The position numbers and the translations under genes are program-made. The notes beneath the pieces were generated by a model. It did no database searches. It saw nothing but the letters and a program-made list of their open reading frames with translations, and was not told the DNA's origin. Positions 10,713-25,324 of a stretch of DNA of 64,000 nucleotides are shown piece by piece; within the stretch, counting starts at the first letter, position 1; every line of letters starts with the position of its first letter. This stretch comes from Octopus sinensis (lineage: Eukaryota). The DNA lies in assembly GCF_006345805.1 (NCBI RefSeq), contig NC_043006.1, forward strand, positions 62,434,001 through 62,498,000, given 5' to 3'.

Positions 10713-12604
10713 CCTTAATATACATACCTTAGTAAGTAACTTAGAATGAGACATGTACACGCATACACATGCATAAATATGTATAAAATACTGACATCCA
10801 TACTTGTTGCGATTATATATATGTATATATATACATGTGTGTATATATATATATATATCCGCTTGAAACGTTAAACCCTCCTTCTTTCCTTCTTTCCTGA
10901 GCGTCCAATAATACTATATTTGTTCCACGTCCTCGCGTTGTCTTTTCTTGTGCTTTCTTGTTTGGATTAACTATATATATATATATTATATATATATATA
11001 TATATAATTATATTACAACGAAATATGCAGGCGCATGCACGTTAATATTCTCAAGTTATTACACCAGGAGAAATACAGAACAAAATTTCTACAGTAGAAT
11101 TTGCCTAATTTGTCACCTCTAAATGAAATTAATATGTACTTAAAATTAAAATTGTACCATACTTTAAATGTTGCAGCCGAGAATAACATTTTTATAATTA
11201 AATACACTATATTAGGTAAATTTGAGATAGTATATTTTATCTATTACCTATAAAATAAGTAGATGTTTAAAAACATGTTTCAAAAATAATCAAGAATAAA
11301 TTTAAGCAAAATATTTTTTTGAAATTATCTCTTCTGAAATATACAATTAAGATAGTCATTTAACTAGTTGTATCAAGTACAAACATTAAATTATGAAGTT
11401 GCAAATAATATGCTCATTTTCATTGTAATTCAATTTTTCCCGATTTATGCAATAAAACAAATAAATATTCTGTTGTTTAAACATATTTGAATTATTTTTC
11501 ATTGTTGATGATTGAATTAAAATAAGACATTTGCTGTGTTTTTGTAATATTCACATACTTTTCCTTAAATTCTATAAATAAGAAAAAGTTATCTGGACAC
11601 GGTTCGTTGCATTGGCTAATGTAAACATTATTTTTAAAATGCAAAGGTAGCCAATGCATCCATCATAAAGTAGTAGGAGTCACCTGTCATTTTGCTTTTT
11701 TGAAAAACATTACTAGAAACCTTCAGGTTTGCCCATTGATAGAAATAAACAATAACAATATTGCATCATTAAATTTTGAAGAATAAATTTGTTTTAATAA
11801 AGTTTTCATATATATGCTAAAATTCCATATTATAATCCAATTTTCATAAACCAATTTAAAACTACAATTTCCATAAATAAAATACAAGCCACTTATTTTT
11901 GAAAAGCAAATCCACTTGTTTTTAAAAATGCAAATATAGCCACCGTAAGGAACCACCTGCCCTTGTTAAGGCAAATTTACTTTGTTGCTTGAAAGTAAAA
12001 AAAAAAATCTGAACCCTGCAACTCTGAAAATAATAGTAGCTGAAAGCAACTACCTTGTCAATTTAACCTAAGAAATAATAATATAAATTCTGCTACTCTT
12101 ATTATTGAAAAAAAACTTAGTTCTTGCTACCATGGTCGTCGTATTGCTTTCGTTTGTTTAATAAAAATTTCTCTTATAATGTTTTTGCTTTCGTTTTGTA
12201 ATAGACATTATCATGCAGAAAATGCCAGCTTCTAAATCCTGTTTATAATTAGACGAAAATGTATAAACTTTAAACGTCAGTAAAATATTTCTGCAATGCG
12301 TATTTATATATGTACAAATGCACGTATATACAGCAGAAAAGATTGTTGTCAACGAAAAATGCAGGAGCATGCATGTTAATATGATGGACAGCAGAAAAGA
12401 GTTTGCTTGTCATCGATTGTTGTCAACTTACCTCCTCCTCCCTTAAAGCAAAGTATTTGCCAAGCTCACTTTTGTTTCCCTTCATGGGCGTTTTAAAAGT
12501 TACTAATGTGTATGTGCATGTGTATGATTGTGTGTATTGTGTGCATGTGCATTGCGTATGTGTGTGTATGTTTACGAAGGTATGTATGAAGCGTCGCGTG
12601 TATA

Positions 12605-14000
12605 TCCCTGAAGTCAATTTCAGGCGTTATTCCCCGCTTTTTGATCTCACATATTTGAAATTTCAACTTCTTACTAAACCAAATTTCCACTTTTGTAGCC
12701 TAAAATGTAACTTAGAAGGTGACAAATCTAAAGTTGTATAAGCATCATCAAATTTGATAAAAATCCGAATTAGTGACAAAGCGTAGAAATGGTCACAAGT
12801 GAGTATATGTTGATATTAAGAATATTATTCACACACTACCGGGTGTGAATGATGTTTATTACAAACATTTATTACAGTATAGTATATTCTGTAAATATGA
12901 CGTAGACTTTTACAAGATACCTAAATACTGAATCGAATCAAACATTTTGCAATATTAGTTCCCAATGTTGGCAGAAGGCCAGCAGATCCGAAGGGGAGGG
13001 GAAGCTGATTACATTGACCTCACTGCTCAGCTGCTATTCTTTTTATCGAGTACCGTAAAGATAAAACACAAAGATGAACTTGGCGGAATTGGATGTCAGA
13101 ATGTAGTGACAGGCGAAATTCCTCGAAGCTTTCGCCATGCGTGTTAACAACTCTGCCAGCTCGTTGTCTTTGTACCGTAATAAGAAATAATATTACTTGA
13201 AAATTGGTTTACGTACTATTGGCAGATTTGGCTTATATAATAACAGTTTTCACTTTAAATATTTTTTTGAAAAGATTACCACCACGACACTCGTCTTGAT
13301 GAGTTCAATGATATGAGCTAAGCAAAAACAAAAGTTTTACACAAAAACAAAATGTTTAGATTTTGAATTTACTTTTAGACGTTACCACTGTTTTCGGCAA
13401 ATTTGGCCCCAGTAGTTTTTTTATTTAAAAACGTTTTTGACATAATTAGCATCATGTGATTCCTGTAGTCGAGATCTATCAGAAGAGTTAAATTTAAATA
13501 TAGCTTACTTTTGAAAGAAGATTAATATTTGGAGTCAAAATCGATTCCAGGCGTCTTTCTCCCGCTGGTGATCTCACATATTTCACTCAAACTTCTTTTT
13601 ATACTGAACCGATTTTCAAATTTATTAGCTCGAAATGTGGCTTATGATATGAGTAAATTTTGACCAGAAGAATATTATTCGCACACTACCGAGTGTGAAT
13701 GATATTTTTTGAAAATATTAGCACCACGACACTCGTCTTGATTAATTATATCGTATGAGGTAAAAACAAAATTAGGTTTGGAATTTGATTTTAGGCATTA
13801 CCAATTTTTGCTGCACGTTTGGCTCCTGTGATTTTTATTTTAAAAGTTTTCTGATATAATTGGCCTTATCAGATTCCTCTAGTAGAGATCTATAAGAAAT
13901 ATTGAATCTAAATATAGTCTTCTTCTGACATAAGAATAATATTTGGAGTCAAATTAGATTTCAGGCATTACTCTCCTTCTTTTCGCCGGTTTTTACCTCA
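12605..14000. repeat. old diverged tandem repeat, ~415-440-bp unit, 2-3 copies, interrupted by a SINE
   Basis: accacgacactcgtcttgat at ~13280 and ~13723. ggagtcaaa..ttcaggc at ~13531 and ~13944. attattc.cacactacc at ~12825 and ~13673. Confidence 0.75.
12948..13170 (-). mobile_element. tRNA-derived SINE (family 1), diverged
   Basis: Reverse complement of aaggcggcgagctggcagaa...gttctgagttcaaattccgcc...ccaatatt. Confidence 0.8.
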
Positions 14001-14094
14001 ATATTTTTTGTAGTGAATGTTTTTGCATATAAGTAGCATGGATAGATTTCTCTCACCGAGATCTATTATATGATCCAAAGTTAAATGTAGATTT

Positions 14095-15640
14095 CTTATA
14101 AAGAAAAATACAGAGAGACGATATAAAATGAGACGGGTCGGGGATCGAATGAGAAAACATTAAAACACGGTTTCAAATTTACGATTTATATAAACGAATG
14201 AACGTACAACACAAAAACAATACAATGAGGTGGGGGAAGGTTTCGACCCCAAAGCCCGATTCCACACTGAACCTTTCAGTTTCCTTTGTTTTGCACTCAC
14301 GCCTCTTCATTCACTGTCAACATTCGCGTCACTTCCTTCTTCCATCTTTTGCCTTATATAACGGGCGACAAGCGTCTCCTCTCCAACACTAGTTTCCTTT
14401 TAAGAGGGAAAACGAACAGGTCGATCAATCCAGGGCCGGAGATGAAGGCGCTCGTCGCCACTCCTCTCAACCGGGTCCTCTAAATAACCTCTTTCACCGA
14501 CAGCACCTCAGCGAGAAAATGCACCTTGCCTTCCTTATTGAAGGAGGATGATGGAACAATATTCATAATTGACTCGGAAGACAGATGTACTCTTCCCAGA
14601 TGTGACAGCAGCTGTTCGGCAAATACTCACATTTTCGGAATTTTCGGACTCTGCAGAACAGTTTCACTGCTCTATTCGCAACTTGGGCAAGTGAACTGGC
14701 ATGAATAGCCATACCTAGCGAGTTTATCTCAAGCTGGTAAGGCCCCTCGGTAACATTGCCAAGCCAGAGACCTTTGGAAGTTGTCCAAATGCTCTGGCCC
14801 GAATGTCCTTCGGAACGAACAAGCAAGCTGACATTCGTCGAAGCCCAGACTCTTTCCCCAGATCATCGTCATACTTTGCCTTACTAGCCTTCTATAGAAT
14901 AACGACATGGAACCCTCACCACCAGCGTTACCCGTCCGGTAGAGAAGCGCGAGTGCCTGACGACATTCGGCCAGTCACGCGCCCAACTTTGGTCTCGCTT
15001 AATACATGGTTACAATACACCGAAACTAATGAACCGAGGTACGATCAGTTTAACGAATGGAGACCACAACTAATCAGCGTCCAGGTAGGGCCAGTGATGC
15101 CTCAGCCTCGGTGCGTGCCTTGCATCATTAACCACGGCATCCCTAACATACTTTAAGGGCTGTTGGCAGCAAATAGAGAGTCTTACTAGTGGATCCCTCC
15201 CCCTCCACAAATAGCGGAAGACCAATCGTTCCATCTTGCTTAGGCACGAATCAGGACATGGCACGACGGTCAGGCGGTAGATAATCACAGATGCAACTTG
15301 ATGCAGGAAGGTTTCGAGAAGAAACCGTTCACCCAAACAATTGAATCGATGTTGCTGTATAACTCAATGAGCCCCCTACGAACGTTCGGGCCAAATCCGA
15401 CCGCCGCGAGGACCGTCACCAGATACCAATGGTCAACCCTGTCAAAAGCTTTAGATTAGACTAAATAGACCAAAGCCCGACCCTTGCCAGGAAGCCTATT
15501 TATCCGTTCTAAGGCATAGCGTAGAAATTAGAGATTGTCATGAATGCACTTTCTGGGAATGACATAAATTTGCGCCTCTCCGACGATTCCACCCGCGACA
15601 CGCGCAAACCTTTTTGCTAGTACCTTGGCCAAATCTACAA
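14095..15640 (-). pseudogene. Tx1/L1-clade LINE ORF2 fragment with internal deletion of the RT core, plus 3' UTR
   Basis: LAKVLAKRF..GIVGEAQ, IHDNL..LRYA, KAFDRVDHWYL..VL...GFG, VNGFFSKPF. It then jumps at ~15305 to VIIYRLTVVPCP..RYLWRG, so the QGCPLSP and YADD motifs are absent. Confidence 0.85.
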
Positions 15641-16879
15641 CACTGGGTTAAACAGAGTGATGGGCCGGAAATTATATCCCTCTTGTTCGGGTGCTTTCGA
15701 AGCAGCACTACAACGACCCAACTGACAGATCTAGGTATAAACCCTTCTGCTGCGTGTTGGTGTAGGCGCATGCTAGTATGTGCCCAAACTAATATAACAC
15801 TTCAGAATTTACCATGTACTAAATCATCGAATGGCATTTATGAAAACCGCTGGAGTTTCACTACAAGTCCACTTTTAATGTACTAATTATAAGTACAACA
15901 TAACGTTATATTATTATACATAACAGTTAAATAAGTGTTGCGGACAGATTTTCAAGTACCATGTTTGATATTAGCATTTACTAGTAGATGCACTGATGAA
16001 AGTTCTAATTGTAGTTATATAAAAAGGGCAGTGTCTCGATCCTCTTCGATACTTAATATATTGTAATAGACAATAAATACTTTAATTAGAATGTACTTTT
16101 AGGAAAATGAGTTTTATGTACTTTTAGCAAAATGAGTTTCATAGACTTTGCCACTCGTTGTAGATCATCAGAAAAACTTAGATGCAAGTTACTCCACTGA
16201 AGTAGTTTACATTTGTTTCTCAATAAATATGTTTCACAGAGTGAGTTCCATGGACAAAATTATTTCTGCGAAATAATTTTGCTTTTCGGCTCAAAAAAGT
16301 TTTGTTTAATCTGATTTTAATAAAAAATATATTTATAAATCAATATTGGGTATTGAGTATGGACCAACTGAATAACATGTCATAAATTGTCGTAATTTTC
16401 ATTTCAGTTGGATGTTCTATGGAGTGGGAGTGTTACTGCGAGATAACTGGGAGCTTTAACAACATGAAATAATTATGCCATTAATCGAAACATCTGCCCA
16501 CGGCTTGACATTGAGCTCATGAATGTGGTATAAAATCGTTGTACCGATATTGTTTTTCTTTTTTTCTCTTATGTAGGAATTTATTACAGTTTGCACAAAG
16601 CAGTATAGAATACTTTTGGAGATCACTTTTTCTTTCATTGAAACATTCGAATGTCAAGAAATTCTATAGATCCATACTGCTATTTGGAGTTATTAATGAA
16701 CTCGTGAAATCAGACCAACAGTAAATGATACAGATATTGAAGGTGTACACACATCAAATTGCAATTCACTGATGGACAATATATCTCGTACAAGTTCGAT
16801 ACCGATTGTATCCGTAAAAAAATTTGAAACTGTCCTTTTTCAAAAGCATGCCACAGTAAGGATGTTGACGTATAATAAG

Positions 16880-18074
<1,195 letters not shown>

Positions 18075-18277
18075 TGAGTAGTTGAATGAATTATCTTATT
18101 AAGGATAATTCGAATTGACCGATACCTGGGTAGCAAATTCACATCAGAAAAAACACGGTTGAAGTTACGTGCCTAGGGCATAGATTACGTGCTTTCATGT
18201 GGAAATTTGTATGTTTATTTTAAAAATATAAATATATGAAAGAATGGAGTTGAACGACTAATTAACAAAATTCCTTT

Positions 18278-18362
18278 ATTTTCGACATATGTTTCGAAGG
18301 CTGCATATTCCTAAACGCGAAGGAATAAGGAGTACATTATGCCGCTTTCTCATCAGGAAAAT
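18278..18362 (-). ncRNA. type I hammerhead ribozyme in the 3' pLTR
   Basis: ATTTTC-CTGATGA-GAAAGCGGCATA...TATGCAGCCTTC-GAAA-CATATG-TC|GAAAAT, with GUC cleavage triplet. Confidence 0.9.
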
Positions 18363-18959
18363 CAAGGAACTTATGTCAATATCAAAATGCACAAAACACT
18401 TATAGATGATTGCTCACACGGACCCCATAGCGATAATGAGTGTCGCTATAAAATATTCCTTTATAAGGAATGATGTCAAAATGGTTGGATGTAGACGATT
18501 CTAGAAAGTTCTAAAGGTTCAAGGGTTCAAACGAAGTTGGAGGAGAGAGGCATAAGAATAGGAAGGTGAAAGGGTGCAGGTCATATGAATGGTGGATTTT
18601 GTTAATTTCTTTTGTGAATGAGTGCCTGTGTGTGTGACTTTATATAACTGCATTAATGTGTGTGTTTGTGTATGTGTGTGCGTGATTGTGTATGTGGATG
18701 GGTAGATGTCAGAAAACAGATAGTGGTGAGGTGAGAGGTTTGTGTCTGTGTCTTTGATTGTGCTTACTATAGAAAGAGGGAAATAGAGAGAGAAAGAGAG
18801 ACAAAGAGGAGGGCGAGGTAGGGGGACTAAGGCAACACATACTTCACTGGATTGGGTAGTAGTTCTTTGAAAGTATAAAACATTTTTATGACTATGGGGG
18901 TGACATATATAAAAAAAAGTTATATTAATTAAAATTCAAGGGGTTATCTATATTAATCA

Positions 18960-21573
18960 TTATTCATATGAGTGAAAGGTGTGTTTTTGCCAGTGCATGC
19001 ACCTGTAGGACCTCTCGACGATTGTATTTATTAAAGGGAGTTTGGCGAACAAAATATTAAAAAGTTCGGAATTACAGATGCCACAAATTTTTGCTGCCCT
19101 TATCAAACGGAAAGGACACCGACAATATGGACTATTCCAGCTTGAAAGTTGTATTGCTGTCCTTCAGACGCCAAACTAGTTTACTTAGTCCCGTGCTGTG
19201 TTGTTTTCTCTTATCTCGAAAAGTTGAATAATGATTGGAGATCCTTTGAGCTAATTTAGAAGTAGGTGCTCCAATGTAGAAGACATCGGTTCCAGAAGAA
19301 GTTTTGCACTGGTAAATGGTGTTTCTAATTTTGGAATTTTTGGATAAGAACTTTAATCTGTTGGGGTTAACTTCCGATACTAAGACAGAGTTTTTATTGT
19401 TATGATAGGTGTAAATATTGTTGCTAGCATTGGCCACGTTACTATTCATCTTATTATCATTACTATTAATTGTAATATCGTCGGCAATTTCTCTGACTAT
19501 AGGAATGCTGTGATTGTTATCATCAATAATACAACTGTTATTAGAAATGCTGTTACTATTACCACTAACACCACCACTGTTAATAATCTGGCTAATGTTA
19601 TTATCATTATTACTATTGTTAACGCCAATGCTGCTATGAATGTTGCTAATATCAATACTATTTCTATTATTATTATTATTGTATGTTATGTTGGAATTGG
19701 TAAGTGCAGTGTCGCTACTCCTGGGTCATGATTCCTTATTTAGCAGCTTATTATTATGGGAGGCAAATATCTGCTATAGATTTCTAGTGTTGGAGAATGC
19801 AATCCTCACCTTATGCGAATTGATAGTAGAGTAATAACTAGAATTCCTGGGAAAGTTCCTACCTACGGCTTCACGGAACTGTAAAGGGAGGTTAGACCTG
19901 ATTTGTTTCCCGAAAGGAATGACAAACCAGATATAGTTTTTTTGGACTTAGAATGGCTCAGAGTGTTAACATTTACATTAAAGGGAGTATTTATGTGTTG
20001 TAGAATTGATGTTGGTTTTCGATTGCCTCCCTTGGTCCGTAAATTATTTTTGTTAATTATATTAGTGTCGACGTTACTAGAGCTGAAATCATTAATTACA
20101 TTATTTCTATTGTTATTAGTTTTCTTATCCTGAGAAGCAAATATTAATTTAGAATGGGCCGGGTCGATATATGATACCTTACCCTTATAACCGGCTTTTG
20201 ACAAGGCGGCATTATAAAATTCCGCTTTTTGTTTAAAAATGTCGACATTCGCAGATAAATTTGATAGTCTTAAGGATATATTTTTAACTAATTTAACGGT
20301 GATAGCTTTTGCATGGTTACTGAAGATGCTGACATATTTAAGGTTAGTAGAAGGCTTATGGTAAGGGAAGTAAGAATTGTTATGCAGATTTAGGGTAACA
20401 TCTAAGAAGTTGGCTTTAGTTAGTTCGTCGTCGAAAACTATGCTCATGCCCATTCTGTTTTTAGTCTTCTGTATCATAATGTTCGGAGCATTCTGTAGGT
20501 AAAATAGACAATCGTCTCGATACAGACCGCTGCAGATGTCGGGGAATTGGTCGGCTAATTCATAGAGAATATAGATTCCGACCAAATCGGCTATCTGGGC
20601 GCTGTCTAAGCTTTCCATTGGCACATCGAACGCGTTGGGGGTATCCTTACGGACCCATAACTTATCATCGAACTGTATGAAGGATTTTCTAGCCGCTAAA
20701 AATTCTATTAATTTCCCCCCTTGGGAGGCCTGCCTTATTATGTGCGTGCTATACAGTTGATCGAAGGGTAGAAACTAGAAATATCGAATTGAATGAATTT
20801 TGTGCTGTTTTTATTAGAAATAGAAGAAAACCACTCTACGACTTGAGTGGAGTTAGACCATATGTTGAGTTTTAACTTATTGATTAATCTAGGTATGTAT
20901 TTATCTAAAATGTACTTACTAATGGAACCGATGTCGGAACTAGAGGGGCATATGAGCCTTAAAGATGGATTGGTGTGAAAGTTTGGTTTATGGTCCTTGA
21001 CGATGAATCTTGGTTGTCTTGGGTTCAGCGGTTGTGTTTTCATTTGTAATCCATACTTTTCCATGATTTTCTTAATTTCCAAGTTGGCTTGTCTGAGTGT
21101 ATTCTTATTTGTTGTTCTGTAATTCTTCTGTATTTCTTTCTTGAGCATTTCTAAATACTGGTTTTTTGCTAGCTTATATGTGTTCCTGGTTTTATCTGAT
21201 TGGACCAGTATAGCGTCTAAACTGTTTATATCTTTGGTGACTTTGTTGAGGTATCTAAGGTGTTTATTCCTAAGGGGCGATTTACGGAATTTAATGGTCC
21301 TTACAATGTCCCACAGGTCGTCGTCGAATTTCTCAGTCTGGGATTAGGTGGAGGGGTTTCCCTCGACTTGAATAACTTCCTATATTCGGAAGATGTTTCG
21401 GTACCGTTCTGTTTTATGTCCTCATTATCATGGAAGACAGCGAGCCATTTAATTCGGTTGATGAATGCATTTGTTTTGTTAACAATTTCCTGAAGGAAGG
21501 TTTCTTTTGGTGGTATTGGTATGTCCTTATGGGATGCGTTAATCTCGAACCATTTGCGGTATCGGTTAAGGTA
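18960..21573 (-). pseudogene. Naiad-like PLE RT-GIY-YIG ORF with frameshifts and premature stops
   Basis: KDIPIPP..FINRIKW, SDKTRNTYKL, VKDHKPNF..NPSLRLICP, FIQFDISSFYPSI, FDVPM..LDSAQIADLVG, GLYRDD, NFLDVTLNL, YIWF..PF, NTIYQC..FYIG..RISNHYSTF..TGLSKLVW, terminal CGIC..C.H. Clade name is from motif recognition. Confidence 0.88.
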
Positions 21574-21973
21574 TCAGGATCTCAAGGAGGCTGTATATGA
21601 ATATTTGAGTAGTTGAATGAATTATCTTATTAAGGATAATTCGAATTAACCGATACCTGGGTAGCAAATTCACATCAGAAAAAACACGGTTGAAGTTACG
21701 TGCCTAGGGCATAGATTACGTGCTTTCGTGTGGAAATTTATATGTTTATTTTAAAAATATAAATATATGAAAGAATGGAGTTGAACGACGAATCAACACA
21801 ATTCCTTTATTTTCGACATATGTTTCGAAGGCTGCATATTCCTAATTGCGAAGGAATAAGGAGTCACTCCTTATAAAGGAATATGTTAAAGAGACACTCA
21901 TTATCACTATGGGCTCCGTGTGAGCAATCATCTAAAAGTTTTTGTGCATTTTGATATTGACATATGTTCCTTG

Positions 21974-22058
21974 ATTTTCCTGATGAGAAAGCGGCATAAT
22001 GTACTCCTTATTCCTTCGCAATTAGGAATATGCAGCCTTCGAAACATATGTCGAAAAT
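21974..22058 (+). ncRNA. type I hammerhead ribozyme in the inverted pLTR copy
   Basis: Core CTGATGA 21980-21986, GAAA 22041-22044, palindromic ACATATGT stem III, GUC at 22050-22052, 6-bp stem I ATTTTC/GAAAAT. Confidence 0.9.
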
Positions 22059-22114
22059 AAAGGAATTTTGTTAATTCGTCGTGCAACTCCATTCTTTCAT
22101 ATATTTATATTTTT

Positions 22115-22159
<45 letters not shown>

Positions 22160-22249
22160 AGAGAGAGAGATATCAATAAATAAAAAGAGATAAATACAAA
22201 GATGTTGCTGAATGTTAATTGTGCGTCTTCGAAATAATTTTTGCAACAA

Positions 22250-23380
22250 AATAAAATTTATTTTCCTGCAGAATTTCTGCAATACATATGATGAGAAGTA
22301 AAATGTAATTGCTTTGGAAATTTTATGAAACGCAGGATACAATACGGGATAAGTATATTGCATTAGGCAGGGATAAAACAAGAGATAAAACAAAATAGCC
22401 TGCGTTGTAACACGAATCAAAAATATCTCAAAACATCTGTAACAGTAATAACTGCATTGTTTAAAGATAGAAACAAAAGCATATGATCTCTCAAGCAGGA
22501 AATGTCGGTTTCAAGAAGATACAATGCCGGCTATCAGTTTTAGAGAATCTCGACCATTACAATTGCGTTTCCCCTTTTTAAGTCTTATGTGAAGATATGG
22601 ATTGTCTTCAAAAGGTGTTACTTAAAAAACTCGATTATCTTCAGAGAATATCCATGTAGGAATGCTTGAAGTACGGTAAAATCATTTGGGATATTTTATC
22701 GATCATAAATCCTGGTTATACGGCAAAGTAACAAACAGAACATAGCCCTCGAATATTGCAACATTTTTTCCTCATTTTCTTGCAAACTTGAGTAAATGGT
22801 GTTTATCTCTACAAAAGAAAAAAATGGATATTTTTGAAGCTGAATTCAAAATGGAGTTGCTGTCATGTCAATTACAAGATTGTAACACAACTCAGTAGCA
22901 CAATATATTTCGCTTTTTTCCGGATCTTACTGATTTCTTCCAGATTGTAAACCGAATTCAGATACTGACATATTTTTAAAAAATCATTTTAAAATTCTTG
23001 TTGCATGATATTGTAATCTCTAAGTGAATATATTTTCCAAATACGAGGAAGGCAGATAATTATTGGATACAAAACCCATTCAAGTTGAAAGAAAAAAAAC
23101 CTTACATGATTTCCAGCAGAATAAGTATTAGTTCAGTTTCTCATAAAAAAGTAGTATTTCGTAAAGTTCCGGCATTAATTTTCTGGTGCGATATTTTATA
23201 AGATAACTAGCTTTATCAAAACTGGTTATTTGAGTGTCATTACTCCTTGCAGAAAAATAGTTATGACAATATGATTCTACTAAATAATTTAAAACAAAAT
23301 ATAAACGTAAAAGATTTGAGGGCACAGCAGCCTTACAAATTCAATGATTCAATAACAACCCAAATTTCCAGAGGTAATTG
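22250..23380 (+). pseudogene. highly decayed hAT (Buster/Charlie-like) transposase relic
   Basis: Scattered in-order motifs SRPLQLR, LCEDMD..Q..LL, LSLQ...IF, FPDLTDF, YFP...DNYWIQNPF, FW, KTKY. Confidence 0.6.
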
Positions 23381-24531
23381 GACTCGAAACATCAATATTA
23401 CTTTATGACAATTACACATATATAACAATTAAAAACGTCTAATGTTATATTTCATTCATCATGTTTCTTACGAGTAAACTCTATTTAGTACAATTTCTGT
23501 TTAACTTAATATTCTATCAAATGAGGTTCACAGCATTGTCTGTAATATATAGATATGGATTCCGTGATTTTCTGAACCTCAAATTATCTGTGAGAAAATA
23601 TGAATAGGAGAGGCTACACGAACACTGAGCTGTGACTTAGGCGAGGGACTATCTTCTTTCCCAATAACATAACTGTTAACGGAAAAGGTAAATATACCGA
23701 ATATAAACTTCCAAACAAGAGCCTGCTTGATGTTATCCTCGTATTAAAAGGAAAAGAGGTATTAACTCAAATGCTCTGCAAGAAAGTTGCACTGGAATTG
23801 GAATGCGTTAAAGGATGTATAATTATTGTAACACAAGTGCAGTACAATCATCTATCTGGATACGAATAACTGGCAGCACATAACGCGATCTTCAGCTTCG
23901 ACGTAATATTTGATTGTATTAAAGCTTTTCAATTGAGGAGTGACTTCCATCATGAATATGTAACTAAGACGATGTAAATGTTTCATAGATTTGTATCTGT
24001 CTCTGTTTGCGTGCGTGAGTTGCTTGTAAGTTTTATACACAGCTAGTAAGAAAATTAACAAAATTGCGAGAGACGAATTCAGCAGCTAACCATTGTTGAA
24101 AATCATCTGATGAACGACATCGTGCAACTTTGATGGATGATATATGATATCCATTATGCGAACTAGACACAATGTGTCTTACAAAAGTCCACAGCGTAAT
24201 ATGCATCCACCGGCTGCACGCATCTACATAATCACGAAAGCCACCGTCTCTCGGATGATACGGAGCTATACGAACTCGATTGTTCGACAAAATATATACC
24301 GACAACACAAAATAAAAACTCACCATAATTTTTTTCGTATTTCCATTTTGAAAAGAAATTATACGTCCGCGGCCATTAGAGTGCGACGACTTTTCTATAA
24401 CGCTGTGCACTTTATGGATAACTACCTCTAATTACATTACTGATTTAACGTTTCGAGTGTTCTTCTTTTCTGGATGTATGATCGACTGACGATATTTGTG
24501 TTTGCATATATATATATATACACACACACAC

Positions 24532-24590
<59 letters not shown>

Positions 24591-25146
24591 TTAACATATA
24601 AAATACCCAGTATGTGTGTGTGTGTCATCAATGCTATCCCAAACATCTGGTTCAAACTCTACCATACTTATATACATGAATAATTTGACCTTGGAAAGAA
24701 TAATACGGTCTTGATATTTTTCCTTAAAAATAGATAATATTGCCCTGTATACAAAGATTCACTTCTTCAAATTGTTTTCTCAACTTCTTGCGTTTGAACT
24801 TCCTGTCTTTGGCGTCATAACCAGCTATTTACTCACACACGTATGTATACATCATTAGAGTTGTGACGATTTCTGATTAAAAAGAATTTCTAAAGGTACT
24901 TTCAGGTCAGGAAAAAAATGTATACAGAGATAGACGCCTTTTTTTTTTCTCGATCAAATAAATGAGTTACTGTAAATTGTACTTTTTTTTTCATACATAT
25001 TTCGGACGTTTTTTGTAATAAGTCGCCGTATTAAGACTTGATATTTCACATTTAAATCCCTTGTGATTATTCTTCACTTAACTGTTTTGTCAACATAGTC
25101 ACTAAGTAACCAGCTATTTACTCACACACACACAACACACACACAC

Positions 25147-25193
<47 letters not shown>

Positions 25194-25324
25194 CACACAC
25201 ACACGTATGTATGCATCATTACAGTTGTGACTATTTCAGATAAAGAAGAATTTCTAAAGTAACTTTCATTTTTTATATTCTTTTCCGGCGTTCTATTTGT
25301 GTAAGATATATACCTATGTGATTG

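Larger units (their letters stand above)
18075..22115 (-). mobile_element. Penelope-like element, Naiad-like, with 3' pLTR, partial 5' pLTR and inverted pLTR
   Basis: 18075-18335 is repeated at 21606-21865. 21866-22115 is an inverted copy of ~18225-18470. The RT and GIY-YIG ORF is on the minus strand and both ends lie in (TA)n. Confidence 0.92.

Noticed and set aside
11723-11956. SINGQT resembling the Helitron helicase motif TINKSQGQT
   Set aside because: No supporting upstream or downstream helicase motifs were found.
19726-19728. In-frame TGA in the Naiad-like ORF as possible selenocysteine (some Naiads encode selenoproteins)
   Set aside because: It follows NKES, not a conserved Cys position, and fits CGA>TGA decay. 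The ORF has other TAG stops, and I found no convincing SECIS stem in 18075-18960.
24100-24145. CTGATGA-ACGA(CA)TCGT-GCAA hammerhead look-alike
   Set aside because: It has GCAA instead of GAAA and no valid stem III or NUH triplet.
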